A stretch of DNA of 64,000 nucleotides from Cellvibrionaceae bacterium (GTDB lineage: Bacteria > Pseudomonadota > Gammaproteobacteria > Pseudomonadales > Cellvibrionaceae), in NCBI GenBank assembly GCA_965214375.1, contig OZ243947.1, positions 2,318,550-2,382,549 on the forward strand, given 5' to 3'. How positions within the stretch are numbered: position 1 is the first letter of the stretch; each line of letters starts with the position of its first letter. The notes under the pieces are model-generated. The model saw nothing but the letters and a program-made list of their open reading frames with translations. It was not told where the DNA came from and did no database searches. Shown in pieces: positions 20,107 through 29,158 of the stretch. The translations under genes and the position numbers were made by a program.

Positions 20107-20469
20107 ATGAATACCGTGAAAATAGCACAAACTTTATTGCGCAAAGCCGCCGGACAGCGTTTAAAAGCCCAACGTAAGAAGCTGGGCTACACATCCGCGC
20201 ATAAAGCTTGGAAAAAAATGAAGCACTGCGGTGTGAATATCAGCTACTATCGCTACCAGCGTTTGGAAAAGGGTTACGTTCCGAAAAATGAATTTGAGAT
20301 GTATGGTGTCAGTCAGTTTTTGGATATTGAATTAAGCTGCTGGCTGGAAGGATATTGCGCAAACATCCCAATACACGGGTGTGAACGCATGTCAGAATTG
20401 ACACCCGAAATGCAGCAAGCCGTTCAAGCGACCTTTAATGATTTTGTGGATAGAATAAGCCGGTTATAA
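20107..20469 (+). CDS. XRE-like helix-turn-helix protein
   Basis: GQRLKAQRKKLGYT...ISYYRYQRLEKG pattern typical of XRE HTH domains. Confidence 0.65.
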   Translation: MNTVKIAQTLLRKAAGQRLKAQRKKLGYTSAHKAWKKMKHCGVNISYYRYQRLEKGYVPKNEFEMYGVSQFLDIELSCWLEGYCANIPIHGCERMSELTPEMQQAVQATFNDFVDRISRL

Positions 20470-20707
20470 CGGCAACCTCAAAACGTCCATTCCCTTGCTT
20501 CCCCTCCCTATATTCAGTAAAGCCCTTTAATGCAGTTTTGATGATTAAACGTGGTGTAATGGTCGTGAAAGAAAAAGAGAGCGACCACGCAATAGCGGTC
20601 ACTATTGCGTAGTCATCAACCCACAGTACGAAGCACTGTGAATCAACCAAGGCTCTCCCACCTGTACAGGTAGGGGAATCCTAGCAGAAGTTAACGGTAG
20701 GTTCACC

Positions 20708-20896
20708 ATGCAGTGCTTCCGATGTCGGCGTTGTGGTGCGCTATTAGCCCGTGTATCGGGTCGCGCAACTATAGAAATTAAATGCAGGAAATGTAAACAC
20801 ATTAATATCATGGAGTGCCAGCGAGCGCCTAACTCAAAAAATGAAAGGCGTGTTCGTGACGGTGTATCGCAGGAAACATATCAAGCTGGTCAATGA
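20708..20896 (+). CDS. Com-family zinc-finger regulator (Mu Com-like)
   Basis: RCRRCGALLAR...IEIKCRKCKHIN double CxxC; overlaps the MTase start. Confidence 0.85.
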   Translation: MQCFRCRRCGALLARVSGRATIEIKCRKCKHINIMECQRAPNSKNERRVRDGVSQETYQAGQ

Positions 20897-21800
20897 TGAT
20901 TGTTTGGTGTTGTTAAAAAAGCTCAAAGATAACAGTGTGGATTTAATTGCCACTGACCCTCCCTACTATAAAGTGAAAACAGATGCCTGGGACAGACAGT
21001 GGGATACGCAAGAGGCTTTTTTTGCATGGTTGGAGATTGTGGTACAGGAATGCCAGCGAGTACTCAAACCCAGTGGTAGCCTGTACCTGTTTTGCAGCCC
21101 TTATCTGGCTGCCGAGACCGAGCAGTTAATCAATCGACACTTTAAAGTGTTAAATCACATTATCTGGCGCAAGCCCACGGGTAGGCACTTGGGGTGTTGT
21201 AAAGAGTCTTTAATCAAGTATTTCCCCCAAACCGAGCGTATTATCTTTGCCGAGAGCCGCAAGCCAAAACCGTTTGTGTATGAGCCAATACGCCGTCATC
21301 TAGCCGAATCCATCAAAGGGGCAGGCATTAGTAGTAAACAGGTCAATGAGGCCACCAATACACAAATGTCCGGCCATTGGTTCGGACGTTCGCAGTTTGA
21401 TTTTCCGAGCCGTGAAAACTACCGCATACTGCGCAAATTATCGACAGCACTAAAGCCCTATAACACGCTCAGAGCAGAGTATCTGGCAATACATGAACAG
21501 GCAGGGAAACATGGCCGCAAATTTGCGGTGACCAAGCAGGTACCCTATACGGACGTGTGGGGCTTTAAAGTGGTGCAACCGTACCCCGGCAAACACCCCT
21601 GCGAAAAGCCGTTGGCCATCATGGAGCATATTATTACCGCAAGCAGCAATCCGGGTGATCTGGTGCTCGACCCATTCACAGGCAGTGGCAGTACCCCGAT
21701 AGCGGCCAAGAAACTGGGCAGGAAATTTGTGGGTAGCGAGATGGGTAAAAAGGAGTATCAGCAGGCTATAGAGCGCTTGGATAGGCTCGGCAAAAAGTAA
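20841..21800 (+). CDS. Site-specific DNA methyltransferase (N6-adenine/N4-cytosine, beta class)
   Basis: DPPY catalytic motif N-terminal, HPCEKP, and LDPFTGSGST SAM-binding motif C-terminal. Confidence 0.92.
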   Translation: MKGVFVTVYRRKHIKLVNDDCLVLLKKLKDNSVDLIATDPPYYKVKTDAWDRQWDTQEAFFAWLEIVVQECQRVLKPSGSLYLFCSPYLAAETEQLINRHFKVLNHIIWRKPTGRHLGCCKESLIKYFPQTERIIFAESRKPKPFVYEPIRRHLAESIKGAGISSKQVNEATNTQMSGHWFGRSQFDFPSRENYRILRKLSTALKPYNTLRAEYLAIHEQAGKHGRKFAVTKQVPYTDVWGFKVVQPYPGKHPCEKPLAIMEHIITASSNPGDLVLDPFTGSGSTPIAAKKLGRKFVGSEMGKKEYQQAIERLDRLGKK

Positions 21801-21942
21801 TGGGTAAATGGGTATTTAACTCTGCCTGAAATGGGGATTTAAATGCCCTTAAAAGTGTCTAGAACCAAATGGCGAAAAGTGCAAATGTTCGTGGCGGCCT
21901 ACAACCGTTTTAAAGAGGGTATATTTATTAAGGAGAAATATT

Positions 21943-22181
21943 ATGAATACTCAATATGAAAATAATGCTTCCTTTCGAGGTAATAAGTAAACGGCGTAAA
22001 GGCTACCCTTCTGAAACCCAAGTGATGAGGGGTGACAGGGTTGTTCATGGAGATAAAGAGCTCATTGAAAAGCTCGGTAGAAATGACCTTTGTCCTTGTG
22101 GATCGCGGAGGTTATTTTAAAAAGTGTTGTTTAAAGTCAGGATTTTTTCACGGTATTAATCGTGATTATTATTACCGTTAA
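21943..22181 (+). pseudogene. Small SEC-C motif protein, two frameshifts
   Basis: Pieces [13 protein letters not shown]...[12 protein letters not shown] and FKKCCLKSG...RDYYYR* lie in different frames; SD AGGAG. Confidence 0.75.
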
Positions 22182-22194
22182 TGCTTAATTTGAA

Positions 22195-22271
22195 TGGTGG
22201 GCCCGGACAGACTTGAACTGTCGACCTGCCGATTATGAGTCGGATGCTCTAACCAACTGAGCTACGGGCCC
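22195..22271 (-). tRNA. tRNA with CAT anticodon, probably tRNA-Ile2 (lysidine-modified)
   Basis: GGGCCCGTAGCTCAGTTGGTTAGAGCATCCGACTCATAATCGG...GTTCAAG...GGGCCCACCA, 77 nt. Position downstream of rpoD as for E. coli ileX. Confidence 0.92.
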
Positions 22272-22394
22272 TTGAACTTGCTCTTTTCCTCAATGGCTGC
22301 GTTGCATCCTCAAAAATTTTAGTCATGTACTTTGTGTACATTCCTTCAATTTTCTGCGGAGCGCCTTGCCCTTGCGAAAAACATCGGCGTTCAA
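22272..22394. repeat. ~123-bp long imperfect palindrome (ERIC/MITE-like)
   Basis: TTGAAC...GTTCAA ends, nested pairing arms and central ATGTAC/GTACAT. Confidence 0.6.
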
Positions 22395-22480
22395 CCGATG
22401 ATTAATTGTCTTTATTTTTACGGGTTGTTTTTCCCGAAATAAAAACGCCTCTATGCGTTGGCTATACAAAAGAGGCGCGT

Positions 22481-22509
22481 ATGATACCTGTATTTTGTTA
22501 TTCGTCCAA
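22481..22509 (-). promoter_or_regulatory. sigma70 stable-RNA-type promoter for the tRNA
   Basis: TTGGAC-N17-TATCAT followed by GC-rich discriminator ACGCGCC; the -35 lies in the last rpoD codons. Confidence 0.65.
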
Positions 22510-24309
22510 GAAGCTTCTTAGGTGATCTGAGCGGCTTGGGTGACGTAATTTGCGTAATGCCTTAGCTTCAATCTGACGAATACGTTCACGGGTTACATCA
22601 AACTGTTTACCGACTTCTTCCAATGTGTGGTCGGTATTCATATCAATACCAAAACGCATGCGCAGTACTTTGGCTTCTCTGGCAGTCAGGCCAGCAAGAA
22701 CTTCGCGGGTGGACTCTGTTAAGCCCGTATCCGTGGCAGATTCGACGGGTGAAACAATCGTGTTGTCTTCGATAAAATCGCCCAGATGTGAATCTTCATC
22801 GTCACCAATCGGCGTTTCCATTGAGATAGGTTCTTTGGCAATTTTTAACACTTTGCGTACTTTGTCTTCCGGCATTTCCATGCGTTCGCCCAGTTCTTCC
22901 GGTGTGGGTTCGCGCCCCATTTCTTGAAGCATTTGGCGTGAGATACGATTGAGTTTGTTGATGGTTTCAATCATATGTACTGGAATACGAATGGTGCGTG
23001 CTTGGTCAGCAATGGAGCGAGTAATCGCCTGACGAATCCACCATGTTGCATAGGTTGAAAATTTGTAACCACGACGGTATTCAAATTTATCCACGGCTTT
23101 CATCAGGCCAATGTTACCCTCCTGAATCAGGTCAAGGAATTGTAAGCCACGGTTAGTGTATTTTTTCGCAATAGAAATGACCAGGCGCAGGTTGGCTTCA
23201 ACCATTTCTTTTTTGGCGCGGCGTGCTCGGGCTTCGCCAATCGACATGCGGCGGTTAATTTCTTTGATCACGGATAACTCAAGGCCAACGGTATCCTGAA
23301 TGTAAATCAGTTTACGTTGTGAGCGTAGAATTTCTTCTTCAACTTCCTTGAGTTTGTCTGAATAATCCCGCTTTTTCTTAATAATCTCCGGAATCCACTT
23401 CTCATTGGTTTCGTTACCCGGAAACTCTTTGATAAAGGTTTTGCGTGGCATTCTCGATGCTCTTACACACAGCATCATAATATTTTTTTCTTCACGACGA
23501 ATACTAACCAGCGTATCACGTGCCTTGCGATACATAGGGTCAAATTGGCGCGGAGGCAGTTTGAAAAACTTGATAATATCGCCCAGTGCTGCCAGTTCTT
23601 TTTCGGCGTGTTTGCTGTCACGGCCGTGTTTTTGCAAGACTTTTTCAGTTTTGGTGAGTTGTTTCTTAAGCTCTTTAAAGCGTGTATTGACTTCTTCTGG
23701 ATCCAGCCCCGTGTCGGCTTCGTCCTCATCCGAATCATCGTCTGAATTATTGTCGCTGGCACCGGGAGATGGGCCGGCAGAAGGCACGTCATCGGCAGGG
23801 TCAAGCCAGCCAGCAATCACATCGGGAATGCGGCGTTCTTCTTTGGCGATAAGTTCGTATTCTTCTATGAACCCTTTGACGGCGTTCGGCCAGTAGGCCA
23901 GTGCGTGCATTAGCTCGCGTGTACCTTCTTCGATACGTTTGGCAATGGCAATCTCGCCTTCGCGGGTCAACAGTTCCACGGTGCCCATTTCACGCATATA
24001 CATGCGGACAGGGTCAGTGGTGCGTCCGGCTTCGGTTTCTACTGCGGCCAATGCGGCGGCAGCTTCAGCAGCGGCAATTTCATCGGCAGAGGCATCGCCA
24101 TCGGTCATCAGAATTTCTTCAGCGTCTGGGGCTTTTTCAAAAACACGGATGCCCATGTCGTTGATCATCTGAATAATATCTTCGACCTGATCCGGATCAG
24201 AAATGTCTTCGGGCAGATGGTCGTTGACGTCAGCGTAGGTAAGGTAGCCTTGCTCCTTGCCTCGTGCGATCAATTCCTTAATACGGGATTGTTGCTTATT
24301 TTCTGACAT
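22498..24309 (-). CDS. rpoD: RNA polymerase sigma-70 factor
   Basis: Region 1.2 [13 protein letters not shown], region 2 [11 protein letters not shown]...ATWWIRQA and region 4 [19 protein letters not shown]. Confidence 0.99.
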   Translation of the reverse strand: MSENKQQSRIKELIARGKEQGYLTYADVNDHLPEDISDPDQVEDIIQMINDMGIRVFEKAPDAEEILMTDGDASADEIAAAEAAAALAAVETEAGRTTDPVRMYMREMGTVELLTREGEIAIAKRIEEGTRELMHALAYWPNAVKGFIEEYELIAKEERRIPDVIAGWLDPADDVPSAGPSPGASDNNSDDDSDEDEADTGLDPEEVNTRFKELKKQLTKTEKVLQKHGRDSKHAEKELAALGDIIKFFKLPPRQFDPMYRKARDTLVSIRREEKNIMMLCVRASRMPRKTFIKEFPGNETNEKWIPEIIKKKRDYSDKLKEVEEEILRSQRKLIYIQDTVGLELSVIKEINRRMSIGEARARRAKKEMVEANLRLVISIAKKYTNRGLQFLDLIQEGNIGLMKAVDKFEYRRGYKFSTYATWWIRQAITRSIADQARTIRIPVHMIETINKLNRISRQMLQEMGREPTPEELGERMEMPEDKVRKVLKIAKEPISMETPIGDDEDSHLGDFIEDNTIVSPVESATDTGLTESTREVLAGLTAREAKVLRMRFGIDMNTDHTLEEVGKQFDVTRERIRQIEAKALRKLRHPSRSDHLRSFLDE

Positions 24310-24561
24310 GCAATCTCCTGGATGCATTGAAATACCGGGAATGTCCACAGTGTTACCAGCAATAAACCGATCGACCTGAGACTGTTGAGGTGCTGGTCGA
24401 TATCAAGGCATATTGTCAGGGGTTCAAAGGGCTGATCCAGTATTTGTAAGGTGTTTTGGGATAAACCGGCTATTATAATTGATTTATCATTTTTTGTGCT
24501 ACCAAAAAGGGGGGTAAAAGTGGATAAATCAACACCTTATTGGTGTTTTTTTACAAGATTG

Positions 24562-26451
24562 TTAAAGCTTGGCGCGCGCGTTGATGGCTTTGCGATAGAG
24601 TTGGCGTTCAGCATCAGACCACGTGTTTGCAGGTTTATGGTTTAATTGCTCAATAATGCTGTTGTAATTGATGGTCTGTTGGTGTGATATCAGGGTATTG
24701 AGGGTATCAATAAATTCCTGTTGAGGGTCGAAAATACCCGTTTCTTCATCGTTTTTCAGTTCGCGTGCACGCTGAAATAGAGAGGCTTTGGCGAGCATTT
24801 CTTTGAGTTTGTCGGACTCTTCTGCCCCGTGACTGCCTTGCCAATGCCCTAGAATTTGCCCACTGCTGAATTCTGGACGGTGTTGCAGTAAGTCAATCAG
24901 TTTGACCAATAAAGCGATATTTCCCTGCGCATTATGGCGCAGTTCATCAATAGTCGGAATGTGTTGCGACATGCCGGGTTGAAACAATAACAGCGTGATG
25001 GCGCGTTCTTGCAGTCGTTGTTGGTCAACGACTGGGGGTGCGGGTGTGCTGACGCTTGTGGTCTTTGGTGGTGTATATCTAGGCTTTTCCTTTTTATGTT
25101 TGGTTTCCGGGGTTTGTATGTGCTTACTATCGGTTTCTTCTAATAAATTGTTCAGAGCATCTCGGCTCAGTTGTGTACGGTTGGCGAGTTGTTGAAACAT
25201 CAGTTCACGGTAGACGCCTTTGGGCAGCTGGTCCAGCAAAGGTATCGTCATCTTGCACAGGCGTGCACGTCCTTCCATGGTATCGATATTGATATCGCGG
25301 CTCATCTCCTCGAACAAAAATTGCTCCAGTGGGGGTGCGCCCTCAATCAGCCGGGTAAACTTCTCGGCGCCAATTTGGCGTACCAATGTGTCAGGGTCTT
25401 CGCCCTCCGGAAGATAGAGAAATTTAATCTGACGACCATCTTGCATAGTGGGCAGGCTGTTTTCCATGGCGCGGCGTGTGGCTTTGCGACCAGCTTCATC
25501 GCCATCAAAACAGAAAACTACTTCGTTGGTGAAACGAAATGCCCGATTTAAGTGGTCTTCACCACAGGCTGTGCCCAGAGTCGCCACGCCGTAACGGATA
25601 GTAAACTGTGCCAGTGCCACCACATCCATATAGCCCTCTACGACCAATAAGCGAGGTAGTTGACGGTAGGCTTGTCGTGCTTCATAGAGCCCGTAGAGCT
25701 CTTTACCCTTGTGGAAAATCGGGGTTTCCGGTGAGTTCAGGTATTTGGGTTTCTCATCGGTTAGTACGCGGCCACCAAAGCCAATCACGCGTCCGCGAGT
25801 ATCGCGGATAGGGAACATAATGCGGTCGCGAAAGCGGTCATAAAGGCTGTCTTTATCTTCGTTGCGGATCAACATGCAGCCTTCCAGTAACAAGTCTTGT
25901 GCTTCATTGGAGGTGGCGAGTTGTTTATGTAGATTATCCCATCCAGGTGGCGCATAACCGATGCCAAAATCTTTGGCGATATGGCCGCTGAGGCCGCGAC
26001 CTTTGAGATAGTTAACGGCCTTGGCTTTTTCCGGGTGTTGGCGCAATTGCTGTTGATAGTAGCTATTGGCCGTTTCCATCAATTCATAAAGGGTTTTGCG
26101 GGCTTTTTCTTTGTCCGCCTCATGAGCGCGTTTTTGCGGATCTTTGTGTTGCTCGCGCGGAACGTCCACACCTGCAGTTTTAGCGAGTTGATCAATCGCT
26201 TCAGGGAAGCTGAGGCGTTCGTAATCCATAATAAAGCCCACGGAATTACCGCTGGCGCCGCAGCCAAAACAGTAATAGAACTGTTTGTCCGGGCTAACGG
26301 TAAAAGACGGGGTTTTTTCCTCATGAAATGGGCAGCAGGCAGAGTAATTCTTGCCCGTTTTTTTGAGTTTGACACGACTGTCTATCACTTCGACAATGTC
26401 GACGCGCTCTAACAAATCATCAATAAACGTTTGTGGGATGGTTCCAGCCAT
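24562..26451 (-). CDS. dnaG: DNA primase
   Basis: CPFHEEKTPSF zinc finger, FRDRIMFPI, PKYLNSPET and VEGYMDV TOPRIM. Confidence 0.98.
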   Translation of the reverse strand: MAGTIPQTFIDDLLERVDIVEVIDSRVKLKKTGKNYSACCPFHEEKTPSFTVSPDKQFYYCFGCGASGNSVGFIMDYERLSFPEAIDQLAKTAGVDVPREQHKDPQKRAHEADKEKARKTLYELMETANSYYQQQLRQHPEKAKAVNYLKGRGLSGHIAKDFGIGYAPPGWDNLHKQLATSNEAQDLLLEGCMLIRNEDKDSLYDRFRDRIMFPIRDTRGRVIGFGGRVLTDEKPKYLNSPETPIFHKGKELYGLYEARQAYRQLPRLLVVEGYMDVVALAQFTIRYGVATLGTACGEDHLNRAFRFTNEVVFCFDGDEAGRKATRRAMENSLPTMQDGRQIKFLYLPEGEDPDTLVRQIGAEKFTRLIEGAPPLEQFLFEEMSRDINIDTMEGRARLCKMTIPLLDQLPKGVYRELMFQQLANRTQLSRDALNNLLEETDSKHIQTPETKHKKEKPRYTPPKTTSVSTPAPPVVDQQRLQERAITLLLFQPGMSQHIPTIDELRHNAQGNIALLVKLIDLLQHRPEFSSGQILGHWQGSHGAEESDKLKEMLAKASLFQRARELKNDEETGIFDPQQEFIDTLNTLISHQQTINYNSIIEQLNHKPANTWSDAERQLYRKAINARAKL

Positions 26452-26469
26452 AAAAACAGAGTTTACCTG

Positions 26470-27846
26470 TTAGTGTTGTGGCTGAATAGCATTAATCGGC
26501 AATGCTGCGGTGACACGGGTACCTTGTTCCACGGTACTGCTAATCGTCAATTGTCCGTGATGTGCTTCAACAATAAGTTTGCACAGATAAAGACCCAAGC
26601 CAAAGCCGCCAGTGGCGCGAGTTCGTGAAGGGTCTGCTCTATAAAAAGGTTCGGTGACTTTATCGAGGTCAGCTTCAGAAATGCCACAGCCGTGATCTGT
26701 GACGGTGATGATGATATTGCCCTGTTGTTCATTGACGGTGATCGATGGCCGATGTGTTGCTGGTTCACTGTAACGAATGGCGTTGCTGATGATATTGCGC
26801 AGTAGCAGACGAATGCGAGTTTCATCCCAGTGGGCGATAGGCAGTGTGTCGAGTGGCTCAACGATAACGTGGTCTTGATCAAATGATGCCGTGACGTGTT
26901 GGATTAATGTGGGGACATCCACTTCCGTAATATGCAGTGTGGCATGAGGATTATTGATGCGTTCGGCCTCAAGAATTTCGTTGATCAAGCTCTCCATTTC
27001 CTCAATATCTTGCGTTACCGCTGCTTGGTGCTTGGATGTCGCCATCATTTGCAGTGCCAGTTTGGCTCGCGTTAAGGGCGAACGCAGTTCGTGACTGACG
27101 GCAAGTAATAGCTGCCGTTTGGCATCCAGCATATCGTTAATTTCTTTTGCCATGGTATTGATATTCTGACTGAGTTCCCCCAAATCATCGGGCTTGTATA
27201 CGGGTATGCGATAATCCAGTTCGCCGGCTCTCATGGCACTAACCCCGTTATCAATATCCTTGATCGGTTTTAGTTGGCGCCGTAATAACCAATAACTGAT
27301 CACAAAAATCACCATCAGTATGATGAGCGTTTTTTGTAACACATCCAGGCGCTGGTCACGGCGCTTTTGGTGAGAGAGTTCGTAATAAATGTGGTACTCC
27401 CCGATCCGATGTCGCAGAATAGTGCGTTCATGGTGCTCGCCAAAGCTAATACGGCCTCGTGGCAGCAGGTGTGAATCAGGTTTGTGTTGCAGTTTAAAGC
27501 GGCGGTGCTGTTTGTGGTGATCGTCTTCGTGAAACTCTAGATCATCAACATCCAATGGCTTCCCCGTTGACGTGAAATGCATGCCTTTGCCGTTAATATA
27601 AATATTGATTGGCAGTTCATTGGATAGTTTTTTGGCTGCATCAAGATCGGGGGGAACCCCAATCTCTTGACTGACATAACTTAAGTAATGAAATAAATGT
27701 GGACGGATATTGTTTTTCCACTGTGATGAAAAGCCATACATTAAAGAGCCTGTTGTTAGTAGCGTAAGGCACCCAGTAATCCCAATAAATAACAATAACA
27801 GGCGTGCCGCCAGCGAGTGCAAGACCGTGTTTAGGAGATGTTTCAT
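26470..27846 (-). CDS. Membrane sensor histidine kinase (HAMP-HisKA-HATPase)
   Basis: SHELRSPL H-box, DHGCG, FYRADPSR and GGFGLGL; two TM segments. Confidence 0.92.
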   Translation of the reverse strand: MKHLLNTVLHSLAARLLLLFIGITGCLTLLTTGSLMYGFSSQWKNNIRPHLFHYLSYVSQEIGVPPDLDAAKKLSNELPINIYINGKGMHFTSTGKPLDVDDLEFHEDDHHKQHRRFKLQHKPDSHLLPRGRISFGEHHERTILRHRIGEYHIYYELSHQKRRDQRLDVLQKTLIILMVIFVISYWLLRRQLKPIKDIDNGVSAMRAGELDYRIPVYKPDDLGELSQNINTMAKEINDMLDAKRQLLLAVSHELRSPLTRAKLALQMMATSKHQAAVTQDIEEMESLINEILEAERINNPHATLHITEVDVPTLIQHVTASFDQDHVIVEPLDTLPIAHWDETRIRLLLRNIISNAIRYSEPATHRPSITVNEQQGNIIITVTDHGCGISEADLDKVTEPFYRADPSRTRATGGFGLGLYLCKLIVEAHHGQLTISSTVEQGTRVTAALPINAIQPQH

Positions 27847-28517
27847 TGGCGTTGACCCACAAAGGCATAGCCAGAGCCATGAATCGTTTTAATCACCGTT
27901 AACGGTTTTAATTTGTTGCGCAAGCGACTAACAAGAATATCCACAGAGCGAGAAAATAATTCGGTATCAGTGCCTTTAAGTGCGTTTAAAATATCGTCGC
28001 GGCTAAAGTCTTTGCCGGGCGATTGTGCAAATAACAAGAGTAATTGGTATTCCATTGTTGTTAGCGTAATGACTTTTTTGTAAACGCTGACCTGCCGTTG
28101 TGCCGTATCAATTGCCATATTGTCAAACAACAGAAGATTATTGACTGTCGGCGTTGATATGTTGCGTTTGACCAGTCGGCTTAAGCGTGCTACCAGTTCT
28201 CTGGGTTCAAACGGTTTGGGAAGATAATCATCGGCGCCAAGCTCAAGTCCGACAATCCGATCGGTCACTTCTCCGCGTGCGGTTAGCATAATAATCGGTA
28301 TTTCACTCGCTGCACGAATAGTGCGGCAGACTTCAAAGCCATCCATTTCAGGCAGCATAACATCAAGGATAATGACATCGACGGCACCGTCTTGCAGTTT
28401 TTTTAAACCGATAGAAGGAAGGTGGGCAGCATCCACGTCAATACCATATTGAGCACAATACTCCGTTAGCAGTGATGCCAGCTTTTCGTCGTCGTCAATC
28501 AGTAAGGCGTTAATCAT
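27843..28517 (-). CDS. OmpR-family response regulator
   Basis: LIDDD, LDVMLP, GADDYLPKPF and winged-helix IKTIHGSGY. Confidence 0.95.
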   Translation of the reverse strand: MINALLIDDDEKLASLLTEYCAQYGIDVDAAHLPSIGLKKLQDGAVDVIILDVMLPEMDGFEVCRTIRAASEIPIIMLTARGEVTDRIVGLELGADDYLPKPFEPRELVARLSRLVKRNISTPTVNNLLLFDNMAIDTAQRQVSVYKKVITLTTMEYQLLLLFAQSPGKDFSRDDILNALKGTDTELFSRSVDILVSRLRNKLKPLTVIKTIHGSGYAFVGQRQ

Positions 28518-28523
28518 ACGCTG

Positions 28524-28552
28524 AGTCTAACAAGCTTTTCGGGGCTTACCAA
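28524..28552 (-). promoter_or_regulatory. Candidate sigma70 promoter for a leaderless response-regulator mRNA
   Basis: TTGGTA-N17-TAGACT, 6 nt, then ATG; no SD. Confidence 0.5.
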
Positions 28553-28599
28553 TACCTTTGCACGGACGTTATCTTGTCCGTGCAAAAGCGATGTCATAA

Positions 28600-29049
28600 T
28601 TAATCGTGGTGATGTGAATGTCTGGCCGCTTTTCGTTCGATAAACTTGGCAATTTTGGCTTTTTGTTCAGCATCTAAAGAATCCATAAAGCTGCCCAGTG
28701 CCGCAATAATGGCAGGAGCAGACTCTTCAATAATGGCGGGTCGTTTATTGACGAACGCCAACGCTCTTTCCTGATCAAAGGTATCTGCCGTTACCAATAC
28801 CATTATTTCTTTGCGGATTGCTTGCTTGGTGCTGTGCATCTTCTCTTTGCCGGCAATGATTTCGTTTTTGAGATCATCCAACGCTTGCTCTTGTGTATCG
28901 TTAAGATCAAGCTTATCGCTGATATGTTCTACTACATGGGCTATATGTCCTTCGTGTTCATGCATTTTATGTTTGCCGTAAGCGACGGCGCCACCGACAA
29001 GGCCAAAAGACAGTAAAGCAATCAATGCAATTTTATGGGGGCGTTTCAT
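28600..29049 (-). CDS. Spy/CpxP-family periplasmic protein
   Basis: Signal peptide, two LTxxQ-like motifs (LNDTQEQA, LDAEQKAK), His-rich ends. Confidence 0.75.
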   Translation of the reverse strand: MKRPHKIALIALLSFGLVGGAVAYGKHKMHEHEGHIAHVVEHISDKLDLNDTQEQALDDLKNEIIAGKEKMHSTKQAIRKEIMVLVTADTFDQERALAFVNKRPAIIEESAPAIIAALGSFMDSLDAEQKAKIAKFIERKAARHSHHHD

Positions 29050-29131
29050 TAGGTGTTCTCCTGTTTTGTTAAAAGACAGGCACAGTGTATGGTTTAAGAC
29101 AGTAACAATCTTTGCGCTAATGCTTCAGGAT

Positions 29132-29146
29132 GTAACGGTTTGTAAC
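29132..29146. promoter_or_regulatory. CpxR-like direct repeat GTAAC-N5-GTAAC
   Basis: Upstream of the CpxP-like gene; resembles the GTAAA-N5-GTAAA CpxR box. Confidence 0.55.
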
Positions 29147-29158
29147 AGGGGTGGGAAA

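Larger units (their letters stand above)
11568..21800 (+). mobile_element. Defective P2-like prophage remnant (tail module + Com + DNA methyltransferase)
   Basis: Order J-I-H-H2/FII'-E/E'-T-U-X-D-(HTH)-com-MTase. No head, lysis or integrase genes; lies near the tRNA 3' end. Confidence 0.88.

Noticed and set aside
20435-20811. Minus-strand ORFs 20435-20650 and 20602-20811 as toxin/antitoxin genes
   Set aside because: No recognisable motif or SD; they overlap the HTH 3' end and the com gene.
22195-22271. tRNA-Met assignment
   Set aside because: It lacks initiator features (has a paired G1-C72 and no three G-C pairs in the anticodon stem). Position after rpoD favours Ile2, but elongator Met is not fully excluded.
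24479-24532. 10-bp inverted repeat between dnaG and rpoD
   Set aside because: It is AT-rich with a long spacer and could be a weak terminator or chance; not enough support to call.
23405-26412. Long antisense ORFs within rpoD/dnaG (and similar shadow ORFs throughout)
   Set aside because: They are opposite-strand or alternate-frame shadows of conserved genes with no recognisable motifs.
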